A stretch of DNA of 64,000 bases from Geopsychrobacteraceae bacterium. Lineage in GTDB: Bacteria > Desulfobacterota > Desulfuromonadia > Desulfuromonadales > Geopsychrobacteraceae. The position numbers were made by a program, and so were the translations under genes. The stretch covers positions 1,024,001 through 1,088,000 of the forward strand of contig CAXXTB010000001.1 of NCBI GenBank assembly GCA_963676795.2. Direction: 5' to 3'. The notes beneath the pieces were generated by a model. That model was not told the origin of the DNA. It did not search any database and saw nothing but the letters and a program-made list of their open reading frames with translations. Positions 1 to 9,523 of this stretch are shown here, piece by piece. How positions within the stretch are numbered: the first letter of the stretch is position 1; every line of letters starts with the position of its first letter.

Positions 1-1609
1 GGTGGATCAGATGCCAGGGGCTTGGCATGTCGCCCACGGGGATCTCGATGACGGTCGGTCCCTCTGTGTAGCTGAACCCTTTGCGCAGTGCGGAGGACAG
101 CTCTTCTGGGGTCTTTGCCCGCAACCCCTGAGCTCCGAAGTTCTCCGCAAACTTGACGAAATCGGGGTTGTGCAGGTCGGTGGCGATGACCCGATTGCCA
201 TATTTCTGAATCTGGGCGCGCTGGACATTGCCATAGGCATTGTTGTTGAAGATCAAGGTGACGGTCGCGATCTTGTGCTGGACCGCTGTTGCCAGTTCCG
301 AGGAGGCGAACAGGAAACCGCCATCACCACTGATCGAGACCACCTGCTTGTCCGGGTTGGCCACCTTGACCCCCAGCGCCGTCGGGAAGCCGTAGCCCAG
401 GGTCCCCTGGTATCCAGCGGTAATAAAGGTGCGTGGGGTGTAGAACGGCATGGCGATACGGGTCGCATAGGCCATCTGGGTTGACTCGCCGACAATGAAG
501 CCGTCATCCGGGAGTTCGGCACGAATCGCTTTGATATAACCGATCTGCGGGGAAAGCTTGTCGTATTCGGCCTGTAACTGGGCCTTGATGGCCCCCAGCT
601 CGTCCTGTCTGGAGCTGCGGCGCTGGTTATAGCGTCCTACACTGTTCACAATCGAGGCAAGTGCCGGTTTGGCCTCTGATTCGATGCCGACACTCGGTTT
701 GCCGTTGCGGTCGATCTCGTCCTGATCAACATCGATGCGGACGATCTTAAGTTCGTCCTCAATGCCCCAATCGCGATACTGTCCGTAGAGTCTGGTGCCG
801 ACCGCCAGTACGGCATCTGCTTTGGCCCAGACGTGATAGCCTTCGGTTTCATTCAACGCCAGGTAATGGCGGGCACTGACCGCCCCCGAACCGCTACGGG
901 TCATGATGACCGGGGCCTGAAGGATCTCGGCCAGTTCCAGCAGTTCCGCCTCGGCGCCGAAAATGCCGCCACCACAGACAATCACCGGGTAGTTTGCTTT
1001 GCCGAGAATTTCTGCGGCCTGATCGATCAGCTCCTGATTGAGTTCTGTTGGCGCGGGAGGTTCCGCCGCCTTAAGGAGTTCTACCTCGGCTTCCATGGCC
1101 ATGATGTCGGGAGCCATTTCAATTCCGACCGGTCTTCTGATCCCGCTGGCGAGTTCTTTGAAAGCCTGATCGACGATCTGTGGTGCCAGAGAGGGGTGCT
1201 CGATGCGTGCCGCCCACTTGGTCAGGTTGCGCAGTATTCCGAGCTGATCGGTGATTTCATGGTGGGCGCCGAAATTTTTGCCGATCAGCTGCGACGGGAT
1301 CTGGCCGGTGATACAGAGAACCGGGGCATAAGCCGCGTAGGCAGAAGCCAGGGCCGCCGAGGAATTGAGCAGGCCCGGTCCCGGGACGACAGCATAAGCA
1401 CCGACACGCCCCGAAGATTTGGCATAGCCCATGGCCATGTAGGCGCAGCCCTGTTCATGGCGGCTGTGAATGACGCGGATGTCGTCTTTTGCGTCATAGA
1501 GGGCGACAAAAAGCTGGTCAAGTTGGACGCCTGGAAGGCCGAACAGGGTGTCTACCCCATGTTGTTTCAACGATTGAACGATAGCGTTGCCGCCAGTCAT
1601 GTGGGCCAT
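1..1609 (-). CDS. Thiamine diphosphate-dependent enzyme, acetolactate synthase-like (3' end runs off the window)
   Basis: Absent from the ORF track because its stop lies outside the window. Manual translation of the minus strand gives MAHMTGGNAIVQSLKQHGVDTLFGLPGVQLD..., with AGGAG RBS, and ends ...PVGDMPSPWHLIH at the edge. Confidence 0.85.
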   Translation of the reverse strand, partial: MAHMTGGNAIVQSLKQHGVDTLFGLPGVQLDQLFVALYDAKDDIRVIHSRHEQGCAYMAMGYAKSSGRVGAYAVVPGPGLLNSSAALASAYAAYAPVLCITGQIPSQLIGKNFGAHHEITDQLGILRNLTKWAARIEHPSLAPQIVDQAFKELASGIRRPVGIEMAPDIMAMEAEVELLKAAEPPAPTELNQELIDQAAEILGKANYPVIVCGGGIFGAEAELLELAEILQAPVIMTRSGSGAVSARHYLALNETEGYHVWAKADAVLAVGTRLYGQYRDWGIEDELKIVRIDVDQDEIDRNGKPSVGIESEAKPALASIVNSVGRYNQRRSSRQDELGAIKAQLQAEYDKLSPQIGYIKAIRAELPDDGFIVGESTQMAYATRIAMPFYTPRTFITAGYQGTLGYGFPTALGVKVANPDKQVVSISGDGGFLFASSELATAVQHKIATVTLIFNNNAYGNVQRAQIQKYGNRVIATDLHNPDFVKFAENFGAQGLRAKTPEELSSALRKGFSYTEGPTVIEIPVGDMPSPWHLIH

Positions 1610-1676
1610 GAGTATCTCCTGTTAGGTATCTGGTGTAAGAGCCGCTAGTCTATCTATCATCAGTGAAGACCACTTG

Positions 1677-2636
1677 TTAGGATACAACAGATTGTGGAGC
1701 TTCTCCCTCCACAACCCGCTGGATATTCTCCCAGGCAAATTCGATTCTGCGGAACCACCCTTCATAGGCGTGGCCGCCAACGTGGGGGGTGAGCACGACA
1801 TTCTCCAGTTCGAGTAGCGGATTGTCGCTTTCAATCGGTTCCTTCGCAAAGACATCCAGACCGGCCCCGAGAATTTTCCCCTCAACCAGCGCCTCGACCA
1901 GCGCCGGCGTATCAATAGCGTTACCCCGGCTGGTATTGAGGATGACGGCGGAAGGTTTCATCAGTTTCAGGGTTTCGGCGTTGATCATATGATAGGTTTC
2001 CGGTGTTGCCGGAACATGCAGGCTGACAATGTCCGCCTGTTTAAGCAGCTCATTGACACTGGCGGCGCGGCGGGCGCCATACTTAGTTTCCAGTTCCGGA
2101 GCGGCAACGACATCGTAATAGATGATATTGACGTCAAAGCCGGACAGGCGGGCTGCAACCTTGCGGCCGATTTTCCCGGCACCGATAAGACCCAGGATTT
2201 TTCCGGAGACCTCAAAGGTGTTAAAGCCGTTGATCGGCTTGCGCCAGCTTCCTTCGCGTACGGATCGGTCGCAGGCCGGAATGCGTTTATAGAGGGAGAG
2301 GAGCAGGCCGACCGTATGGTCAGCTACGGCGTGGGCATTGGCACCGCCATTGGTGGCGACCGGAATTCCCAGCTCTTTGGCCAGGTCGAGGTTGATTTCA
2401 TCATAACCGGCGGTCAGCAGCTGGATCAGGCGGAGTTTTTTTGCCGCCCGCATCAGATCATCAGAAAGTGCCGCCGGGTGAAGGATCAGGTATTCAGCCT
2501 CTGCGATCGGGGCTAGCTTCTTCTCTTCCGGACTCTTCTTGAATATCCAGTTGGTCGTGTAGCCTTCAGGAGCAGCCTGCTCAAATATGCCCGCAACCCA
2601 CTCATTCTGGCCGTTGATGAAAAGCGTATTGTTCAT
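1677..2636 (-). CDS. D-isomer-specific 2-hydroxyacid dehydrogenase
   Basis: GAGKIG Rossmann motif, SLHVP, LNTSRG, GAGLDVF and LTPHVGG motifs. Confidence 0.92.
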   Translation of the reverse strand: MNNTLFINGQNEWVAGIFEQAAPEGYTTNWIFKKSPEEKKLAPIAEAEYLILHPAALSDDLMRAAKKLRLIQLLTAGYDEINLDLAKELGIPVATNGGANAHAVADHTVGLLLSLYKRIPACDRSVREGSWRKPINGFNTFEVSGKILGLIGAGKIGRKVAARLSGFDVNIIYYDVVAAPELETKYGARRAASVNELLKQADIVSLHVPATPETYHMINAETLKLMKPSAVILNTSRGNAIDTPALVEALVEGKILGAGLDVFAKEPIESDNPLLELENVVLTPHVGGHAYEGWFRRIEFAWENIQRVVEGEAPQSVVS

Positions 2637-2882
2637 AGACGATCCCCTTGCAATGCCAATGACCCTGTATATCCAGCGGCGGCGGCAGTTAAGATGGCTA
2701 TTTCAAGATTTTCGCATCGTTCCGAGGTCCTTGTCGGGAAGGCGTGTCAGTATCAGCTCGAGCGACCTCGACAGAACTGTCATTTTCCTGAGATATCAAA
2801 GGTTAACAGCGCTGGACTGGTGCGATAGTGACAGTGTCCGCAGCTTTGTTACGACTGAGTTATTGATTAGCATTTTGGCGTT

Positions 2883-2900
2883 ATATAAGTCAAATGAATG
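2883..2900. promoter_or_regulatory. 18 bp regulatory element, copy 1 (ATATAAGTCAAATGAATG)
   Basis: Exact match to 6384-6401 in the divergent lysR intergenic region; lies upstream of the dehydrogenase/ThDP genes. Confidence 0.6.
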
Positions 2901-2941
2901 ATTTTCATATATAGCATTTGAATAGTGAATGGTGGGGGCGT

Positions 2942-4240
2942 TTAAATTCTGGATTTTCCATCTTCTTTCATGGCATCGCTGATCCGGTAGTTGCGCAGGT
3001 TGCGGCTGAAGATCATGATCAGCACGACAATGGCGGCTGCGCCAGAGCTCATGATGATTGTCACCAGACGCGGGCTGCCGATGAGATCGCAGCCGATTCC
3101 GGCAAACAGACAGCCCATTGGAGCCAGTAGGCTGTTCAGGTTGACCATGGCCGTCAGCCGTCCGCGCATGTGATCCGGGATGGTCAGCTGAATCAGTGTC
3201 TGGTTGGTTGCAATGAAAATCATTTCAAAAAAACCTGCCAGTGTCAGGCACACAAGAGCCGGTAGCAACGTCGGGCTCAGGGCAAAACCGATCAGGCTGC
3301 AGCTCAGCAGGAAGAGTGCTGCGAGCAGCAGCCGGCCGCGGTAGTCAAAATTGACCAGGGAGGTTGTCACGAACCCGCCGACCACGCCGCCGACACCGAC
3401 CGCGGCAGTCAGGAGCCCCTGAGTGTCAGCGCCACCATGAAAGATGTCCTTGGCATAGATGGCCGGCATGATGAGAAAGGTCGGGATAATAAAGAAAGGC
3501 AGTATGAAGCCGGTAAACATGAAGGCGCGCAGGGTTCGTGTCTGGATAATATAGAGCAGTCCTTCCTTGATCCCGTGGAGGGGCGATTTTTTGGCGGCCG
3601 GCGTTGTGCGTTGCGGATAGCTGATGTTGATGACGATCACGATGATCAGCGCATAAATCCCGGCCAGGATCAGAAAATTAACGCCGACTCCGAACCAGAG
3701 GATGAGAAAACCGCCTATCCCGGGGCCGAATGAGCGCATCAGGGCCCAGCCGGTTTGAACTATAGAGACTGAATTAGGTGTCAGCTGGCGCGGGACCAGG
3801 TCGAAGATAGCGACCTGCTGCATCGTCTGGTCAACCGTCTGGGCCAGGCCGAAGAGCAGGGTGAAGGCAAACAGGATGGTTAATTCATAATGGCCGGAAA
3901 GCAGGATGATTCCCAGCGCGAAATTGAGCAGGAAGCGCCAGAAGTTGAGCAGCAGTAGCGTTTTTTTGCGGTCGTACTTGTCGATCAGCAGGCCGGCCAG
4001 CGGTATGATGCTGATTGAGGCAAGCGAACGCAACAGGTTGATTGAGCCTAAAATCGTTCCCGATTCAGTCAGGTGATAAACCAGCCAGCTCATGGCCACA
4101 ACCTGGGTCCATGTGGCAGCATTGACAAAAACGGTTCCGGTTAGCAAAAACCTGAAATTACGAATCCGTAACGCTGCATAAGCGCCTGGCTTTTCGGCCT
4201 TTGGACTCTCGTTCATGTCATCTTCCGCCGCTGATTTCAT
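2942..4240 (-). CDS. MFS transporter
   Basis: About 12 hydrophobic segments; AGLLIDKYDRKK motif A; start uncertain (4240 or 4216). Confidence 0.88.
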   Translation of the reverse strand: MKSAAEDDMNESPKAEKPGAYAALRIRNFRFLLTGTVFVNAATWTQVVAMSWLVYHLTESGTILGSINLLRSLASISIIPLAGLLIDKYDRKKTLLLLNFWRFLLNFALGIILLSGHYELTILFAFTLLFGLAQTVDQTMQQVAIFDLVPRQLTPNSVSIVQTGWALMRSFGPGIGGFLILWFGVGVNFLILAGIYALIIVIVINISYPQRTTPAAKKSPLHGIKEGLLYIIQTRTLRAFMFTGFILPFFIIPTFLIMPAIYAKDIFHGGADTQGLLTAAVGVGGVVGGFVTTSLVNFDYRGRLLLAALFLLSCSLIGFALSPTLLPALVCLTLAGFFEMIFIATNQTLIQLTIPDHMRGRLTAMVNLNSLLAPMGCLFAGIGCDLIGSPRLVTIIMSSGAAAIVVLIMIFSRNLRNYRISDAMKEDGKSRI

Positions 4241-4389
4241 GGGGACCTGTTTTGATAAGTCGTTATAGTGATCCGGTCGATTGGCTGGCAAAAAAGAGAG
4301 AAAGGCAGCTCTGACGGGCTTTGCCGCAGCTGTTGCAGAATGGCAACCCGGACTGTGGCAACAGAATCGGCCAGCCTCCTGATTAAGTG

Positions 4390-4432
4390 AAAAAAAGACA
4401 GCCAGCCGCGGTGTATCGGCCGGCCGGCTGTC
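4390..4432 (-). terminator. Intrinsic terminator downstream of the glcG-like gene
   Basis: GACAGCC...GGCTGTC GC-rich stem followed by a T7 run on the minus strand. Confidence 0.7.
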
Positions 4433-4466
4433 AATTCCACCTGAAGCAATGGTGAATCAGCTTCTG

Positions 4467-4892
4467 TTACCCGATAGCGGCAACAGCGATCTGGCCGATT
4501 TCACCGTCACTGTGGCCGGCACCGCTGATGGCCACGCCGCCGACCAGCTGGCCGTCGACCTTGATCGGAATCCCCCCTTCCAGGGTGACCATCTTGTCCA
4601 TCCCGGCGGCCATGGTGATCGCCAGGGCATGGTGGTCGCTCCGCTCGTTCCCCGCCTTGCTCGACTTGCCGCTCGGATGACCGGTAAATGCGGCGCAACG
4701 TGCCTTGTTCTGGGCGACGCTGATGGTCGTTACCGAGGCGCCATCCATCCGCGCAAAGGCGATCAGGTTGCCGCCGACATCCACAACGGCGACCCCGATC
4801 TTGCGCCCTTTGGCTTTGGCTTCTTCCAGCGCGGCTTCAATAATCTTGTTGGCGCCTTCCAGCGTCAGTTTCAATGTCGGTACTGTGTACAT
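4467..4892 (-). CDS. GlcG/HbpS family heme-binding protein
   Basis: VAVVDVGGNLIAFARMDGA, KARCAA and GGIPIKVDGQLVGGVAISGA motifs. Confidence 0.9.
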   Translation of the reverse strand: MYTVPTLKLTLEGANKIIEAALEEAKAKGRKIGVAVVDVGGNLIAFARMDGASVTTISVAQNKARCAAFTGHPSGKSSKAGNERSDHHALAITMAAGMDKMVTLEGGIPIKVDGQLVGGVAISGAGHSDGEIGQIAVAAIG

Positions 4893-4977
4893 GGCTTTCC
4901 TCCCCGTTTGCTTCTAGTTGATGAAAAACCCTGTGCCGCGACCACCTGTGGCCGCGACACACTGCCTCTTGAATCAA

Positions 4978-6234
4978 TTACACCATCGCCTTGGAGCTTT
5001 TCGAGACCTTCTTGAGGATCTCTTCGAATTCCGCTTCCTTGACATACTTGCGCGGCAGCTTGACGGTGATATCTTCCTTGATCAGCTGCTGGACGGTCTC
5101 ACGCACCTTGACAACATCCTCAGCCGTGTAGGGCAGCCCCAGTTCCTTGAACTTCCATTCGATCGGCTCGGGGTCCAGGCTGGCTTTCGGACCGAAGACG
5201 ATATTGTCGTGGCAGCCGACGACTTCAGGGTTGAGCGCTTCGGCAGACTGCCAGGATTCGGTGGCCATGTTCTTGCCGTCCCAGATGTACATCGGACGCA
5301 GGAAGGCGTTCTCGCCGGAGATCGCTTTGTGCGACTGGATCGGCAGCTTGCCGATCTCGATCGCTTTCTGCGAATACTTGCTGAGCATTTCCAGATTCAG
5401 GCCGGTGTCGATGCCGTAGAGCGCCTCAAGACCGACGGCGACTTCTTCGAGGGCGGCGTTGCCGGCGTCATCGCCGTAGCCGTTGATGGCGACATCGACT
5501 TCGGTGGCGCCCCCTTCACAGGCGGCCAGCGAGTTGGCGGTGGCCATCCCGTAGTTGTTGTGGCAGTGGGCCTTCATCGGGAAGCCTTCCGGAAGCAGGT
5601 TCTTGACCGTCGAGGAAAGGTAGCGCATGACGGCAGGGGTGGCGACCCCGAAGGTGTCGTTGACCGAGGCTTTGTCGGCTCCCGCTGCAAGACCGGTCTT
5701 GTAGACCTTCTTGATCAGCTCCATGTCGACCCGGAAGGTATCCGACAGCGACCAGCAGACATCGGTCTTGTACTGGGAATGGACGTATTCGACCATCGGC
5801 GGGAAGACTTCGAGCTGCTTGAGAATCGCCTCTTCGTTGAGCGCCATAATGACGATACGGATATTGGTCGCGCCCGATTCCATGCAGATGTCGGTCGCCT
5901 TCTTGTAGTCCATCGTCGTATTGGCGAAGAAGCGGGCGGTTCTGCGGACGTTCAGACCGGAGGCGGCGGCCGCCTTGGCGAATTCAAGCTGGTGAGGGTG
6001 CATCGACGGGCCGCCGATATCGATCTCTTCGACGCCCATCTCAACGGCGATGTGAAGCAGTTCCATCTTTTCGGCGACACTCAAGGTGAAGCCCGGGCAG
6101 TCATCCCCTTCGCGGAAAGTGACGTCTCGAATCCCGACCTTCTTCGGCAGCAGCGGCATCTGCTTGCGCACCTCGGGATCCCAGCCCAGATAAGACACAT
6201 ACCATTTTCCGTCGACAAACCATGGATGATCCAT
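4978..6234 (-). CDS. LeuA/homocitrate synthase-like DRE-TIM metallolyase, divergent
   Basis: DVTFREG, DTFGVATP, HCHNNYGMATAN, GNAALEEV and KAISGENAF motifs; no LeuA regulatory domain. Confidence 0.8.
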   Translation of the reverse strand: MDHPWFVDGKWYVSYLGWDPEVRKQMPLLPKKVGIRDVTFREGDDCPGFTLSVAEKMELLHIAVEMGVEEIDIGGPSMHPHQLEFAKAAAASGLNVRRTARFFANTTMDYKKATDICMESGATNIRIVIMALNEEAILKQLEVFPPMVEYVHSQYKTDVCWSLSDTFRVDMELIKKVYKTGLAAGADKASVNDTFGVATPAVMRYLSSTVKNLLPEGFPMKAHCHNNYGMATANSLAACEGGATEVDVAINGYGDDAGNAALEEVAVGLEALYGIDTGLNLEMLSKYSQKAIEIGKLPIQSHKAISGENAFLRPMYIWDGKNMATESWQSAEALNPEVVGCHDNIVFGPKASLDPEPIEWKFKELGLPYTAEDVVKVRETVQQLIKEDITVKLPRKYVKEAEFEEILKKVSKSSKAMV

Positions 6235-6383
6235 AAGAAACTCCCTTTGTAGTGGTTAAAATTCTGTATGCGATCGTCTTATTCGCTCTGAGCAATAAGA
6301 CTGCTGAAGCCGGGACTGATTTTTTTGGAAGCTGCCTGTTTCTTCTTGACTAATTGTTTGGTCAGATAGTATTAGTCGATCAA

Positions 6384-6401
6384 ATATAAGTCAAATGAAT
6401 G
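6384..6401. promoter_or_regulatory. 18 bp regulatory element, copy 2, in the divergent LysR promoter
   Basis: Identical to 2883-2900. Confidence 0.6.
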
Positions 6402-6445
6402 GTTTTAATGATTATAATTACATTTTCTGATGAAGGGTGGTTGAT

Positions 6446-7330
6446 ATGGACATTCGGCATTTGAGAACCCTCGTTGCTATCGTCGAATATGGAACCTTTG
6501 GTGCTGCCGGAGATGCGGTTTACTTGAGTCAGTCGGCGGTCAGTCAACAGGTGAGAGCCATCGAGGAATTTCTTGGTTTCAAGATTTTTGACCGCACAGT
6601 CCGCCCCCCAGCCTTGACTGCACGCGGAGCGATCCTGCTTGATGGGGCCAAGAAGATCGTGACGGCTTATGATGAGACGATTCAGTCTCTGACCGGCGAT
6701 CGACCTTCAGGACAGCTGATGCTGGGAGCGATCAGGGCCAGCTTTAAGAGCGTCTTGCCTAAAGCGTTGGCCATCTTGCGAGACCGCTATCCTGATTTGC
6801 ACGTCCATGTTCAGACAGCGGTTTCGAAAGACCTTGTTGCCAGTGTCGAGGCTGGTGCCCTTGATGCGGCGATTATCGCGAGTGGTCGCGAATTGAAGAA
6901 AAATTTATGTTGGCTGCCCTATACGAACGAGCATTTCGTGGTTTTGGCTGACCTGCATGCCAAGGGGCAAACGGACAAAGAGCTGCTGGAGAACTCGCCC
7001 TATATCCGCTATTTTAGTAACTCATCTGCCGCATTTATGATTGATAAGGAATTGGATCGCAGAAACATTTCTGTTCATTCCAGAATAGACATTGACGCCT
7101 TGGAGCCTATTGTCGGTCTTGTTGAGCAGGGGCTTGGCGTTTCCATTGTGCCTGAGCCGGTTGGGAGTACCCTGCTTTCTTCCAAGATTCGCCGAATTCC
7201 ATTCGGTGAGCCTCACCTGGTCAGGCAGTTAGGTATCGTTTACCAGCAGACATCGACCAAGGAGAAGGTGATTTCATTGCTTCACAACGAGCTGCATAAG
7301 CTCAGCGGTTATCCGGAGTTCTCTGATTGA
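6446..7330 (+). CDS. LysR family transcriptional regulator
   Basis: N-terminal HTH (LRTLVAIVEYGTFGAAG...SQSAVSQQVRAIE); divergent from the LeuA-like gene. Confidence 0.93.
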   Translation: MDIRHLRTLVAIVEYGTFGAAGDAVYLSQSAVSQQVRAIEEFLGFKIFDRTVRPPALTARGAILLDGAKKIVTAYDETIQSLTGDRPSGQLMLGAIRASFKSVLPKALAILRDRYPDLHVHVQTAVSKDLVASVEAGALDAAIIASGRELKKNLCWLPYTNEHFVVLADLHAKGQTDKELLENSPYIRYFSNSSAAFMIDKELDRRNISVHSRIDIDALEPIVGLVEQGLGVSIVPEPVGSTLLSSKIRRIPFGEPHLVRQLGIVYQQTSTKEKVISLLHNELHKLSGYPEFSD

Positions 7331-7527
7331 TCTGCGCGGATGGTGCTTGCTGAGGGTCGCGATGAGCTGGAGAAGGTCGTACGCTCCCGGATCATGAGAG
7401 TCGGGCATTAAGCTAGAGAATGACTCGTGCGAAAGACGAGGGTTTTGATCTGAACGGATGAGCATTTCCTGCTGCCGCACCTGGATGTAGACGTTGATCG
7501 GGCGGTAGCAAGAATCACTCATTGATC

Positions 7528-7761
7528 TCAGATGGACAGATTCGCATTGATCACTTTGTCATTCAGTTCGAGCATCGCCAATCTGACGGCTTCCTGGTTG
7601 GTTGGTGCTTCTGCGAAAATTCGTTCCAGTTTTCTGGCTTTTTCCAGTGAAAAAAGGATGTCTGCGGCAAATTTCTTTACCGCTTCAAACGGACGAGCAA
7701 TCGTACGAAATCCAGTCGAAAAGAAATTGTCAGCAGTGCTGACTTGTTGATTTGTATTCAT
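7528..7761 (-). CDS. Small hypothetical protein (77 aa)
   Basis: AAGGAG RBS before the ATG; natural helical-looking composition; no recognised family. Confidence 0.6.
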   Translation of the reverse strand: MNTNQQVSTADNFFSTGFRTIARPFEAVKKFAADILFSLEKARKLERIFAEAPTNQEAVRLAMLELNDKVINANLSI

Positions 7762-8154
7762 GGTTTTTCTCCTTTTTGTATTGTTACCTTTTTGGTAATG
7801 ATAGGCCAACGCCACCTAAATAGGGTAGTGCTTGTTCAACAACAACCTTTTCGCAAATAAACAAGACCTGGAAAAGAAGGTTGAATGTGCCGGAGGTGGG
7901 GTAAGTCTTTGGTTTTATTGTGAAATAAAATATTTTCTGCCGTGGGTAGAACGCATCGTTGGTTACTACTATTGGACAGGTTGGTAAAGGTCACCAAACG
8001 GTACGGATAATAATTCGATTTGTCCTAAAGGTCAATCGTGGAAAGCAATACAGTCATAGACTATTGCATGTTCTCAGGTTTTCGCCATTATTTTGTGGCT
8101 GAATCGTCACCAGTCCTTTCGTCTCAGATGTTAAAAAGTTATAGTATTTTCCCG

Positions 8155-8952
8155 TCATTTCTCTTTGTTAAGAAACGCCTCGATAGAGGCTCGATGTTCG
8201 GCAGATGTGTAGCAGATTGCCTGAGATCTGCCTCCGAGGGAGAAAATCTCTTCCAGGCTGGTTTCATATGTCTCATTGAGGATTGTTTTTCCCAGAGCCA
8301 GTGCCGTTGCAGAGCTTTCCTTGAATTCTTGGGCCCAGGAAACCGCTTTCGAGATTAACCCCTCAAGGGGGGCTATTCGGTCGACCAGCCCTATGACAAG
8401 TGCTTCGTCGGTCTGGACTTTACGACCTGAATAGATCAAATCCTTGGCGCGAGCAAGACCGATCCTGCGTGGTAACAAATAGAGCGAACCGCCATCTGGG
8501 ATAAGGCCTCGCTGCAGATAGCTGATGGCAAAAAAGGCACTTTCAGCAGCCAGGACAAAGTCACAGGCTAGCGCCAGGTCGGCACCTAGTCCGACGGCCG
8601 CGCCGTTTACCGCGGCGATGGTCGGCTTCTGAAAATTGTAAATACAGGAGATTGCCATATGGGTACGCGTCTGGCGATTCCAGCCATTAAAGGCGACCTT
8701 TCCGGGAGGAGCGTCTAGACGAGCGCGCATGGCTGCCACGTCGCCACCGGCACAGAAACATTTTCCAGCGCCGGTGATAACTACCGCATGAATGTTGGGA
8801 TCAACCTCGAGGTCGAACATCACTGAAATAAGGCGTTCGCGCAGGGCATCGTCTATGGCGTTGCGGGTCTCCGGTCGGTTAAGCGTAACGATTGCTACGC
8901 CATCAAGGACTGTGTGTAGAATTTCTGGGTCTGTTGTTTTGTTGTGCGGCAT
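8155..8952 (-). CDS. Enoyl-CoA hydratase/isomerase family protein
   Basis: TLNRPETRNA, FCAGGD and PTIAAVNGAAVGLG motifs; GGAG RBS. Confidence 0.92.
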   Translation of the reverse strand: MPHNKTTDPEILHTVLDGVAIVTLNRPETRNAIDDALRERLISVMFDLEVDPNIHAVVITGAGKCFCAGGDVAAMRARLDAPPGKVAFNGWNRQTRTHMAISCIYNFQKPTIAAVNGAAVGLGADLALACDFVLAAESAFFAISYLQRGLIPDGGSLYLLPRRIGLARAKDLIYSGRKVQTDEALVIGLVDRIAPLEGLISKAVSWAQEFKESSATALALGKTILNETYETSLEEIFSLGGRSQAICYTSAEHRASIEAFLNKEK

Positions 8953-9300
8953 GTGGTCTCCTTGATAGCGTTTGTTTTTTACCAGCACATCTGGGTTCGT
9001 CGTTATCCTCAGAGGATTATTTTATCGCAGTTTTCCTGTTATTCGTTGATGTCGTATTTTTCGGGAGCTGTTGTAGTTATATATCCTGTCAAAAAGCTGG
9101 GTATTGATTTCTCTTCTAGTGCAGTACTCGCTGAATCGCTGTTGGCTGAGTAATAAAGCAGATAACGTTTCCACGCAAAAACTATTTAGTTTCAGCAATA
9201 GAGACAAACAATTCAGGTTGACGTGACATCATGATCTTCAATTTTCATAACGGGGGTCGCCTGTCCTGTTGTTTTGTCGATGCTTTCCTGCAATTGTGCG

Positions 9301-9329
9301 ATGGTTACGACGAGAGCCGTCGTAACCAT
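9301..9329. terminator. Hairpin just downstream of tRNA-Sec
   Basis: Perfect 12 bp inverted repeat ATGGTTACGACG...CGTCGTAACCAT. Confidence 0.55.
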
Positions 9330-9334
9330 AAATT

Positions 9335-9430
9335 TGGCGGAGATAGATGTGAATCGAACACACCAGAGACGGGATACGCCTCCCATCGGTTTTGAAGACC
9401 GTGAGCCTCACCAGAAGACTGACTACCTCC
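9335..9430 (-). tRNA. selC: tRNA-Sec (anticodon UCA)
   Basis: 96 nt: 8 bp acceptor stem GGAGGTAG/CTATCTCC, anticodon loop CTTCAAA, long variable arm, TTCGATT T-loop, GCCA 3' end. Confidence 0.95.
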
Positions 9431-9523
9431 ATGTTTCCCTTTATATGTGTCGCTGTGGCTGCTTTAGCTGACTTAGAATAACTGGCAAATAGTTGTGCTC
9501 CTCATGTTGAAGGTAGAAATTGA

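Noticed and set aside
833..1648. 271 aa + strand ORF (also 2..484)
   Set aside because: Antisense shadow of the minus-strand ThDP enzyme gene.
4918..6252. 444 aa + strand ORF
   Set aside because: Antisense shadow of the LeuA-like gene; no recognisable motifs.
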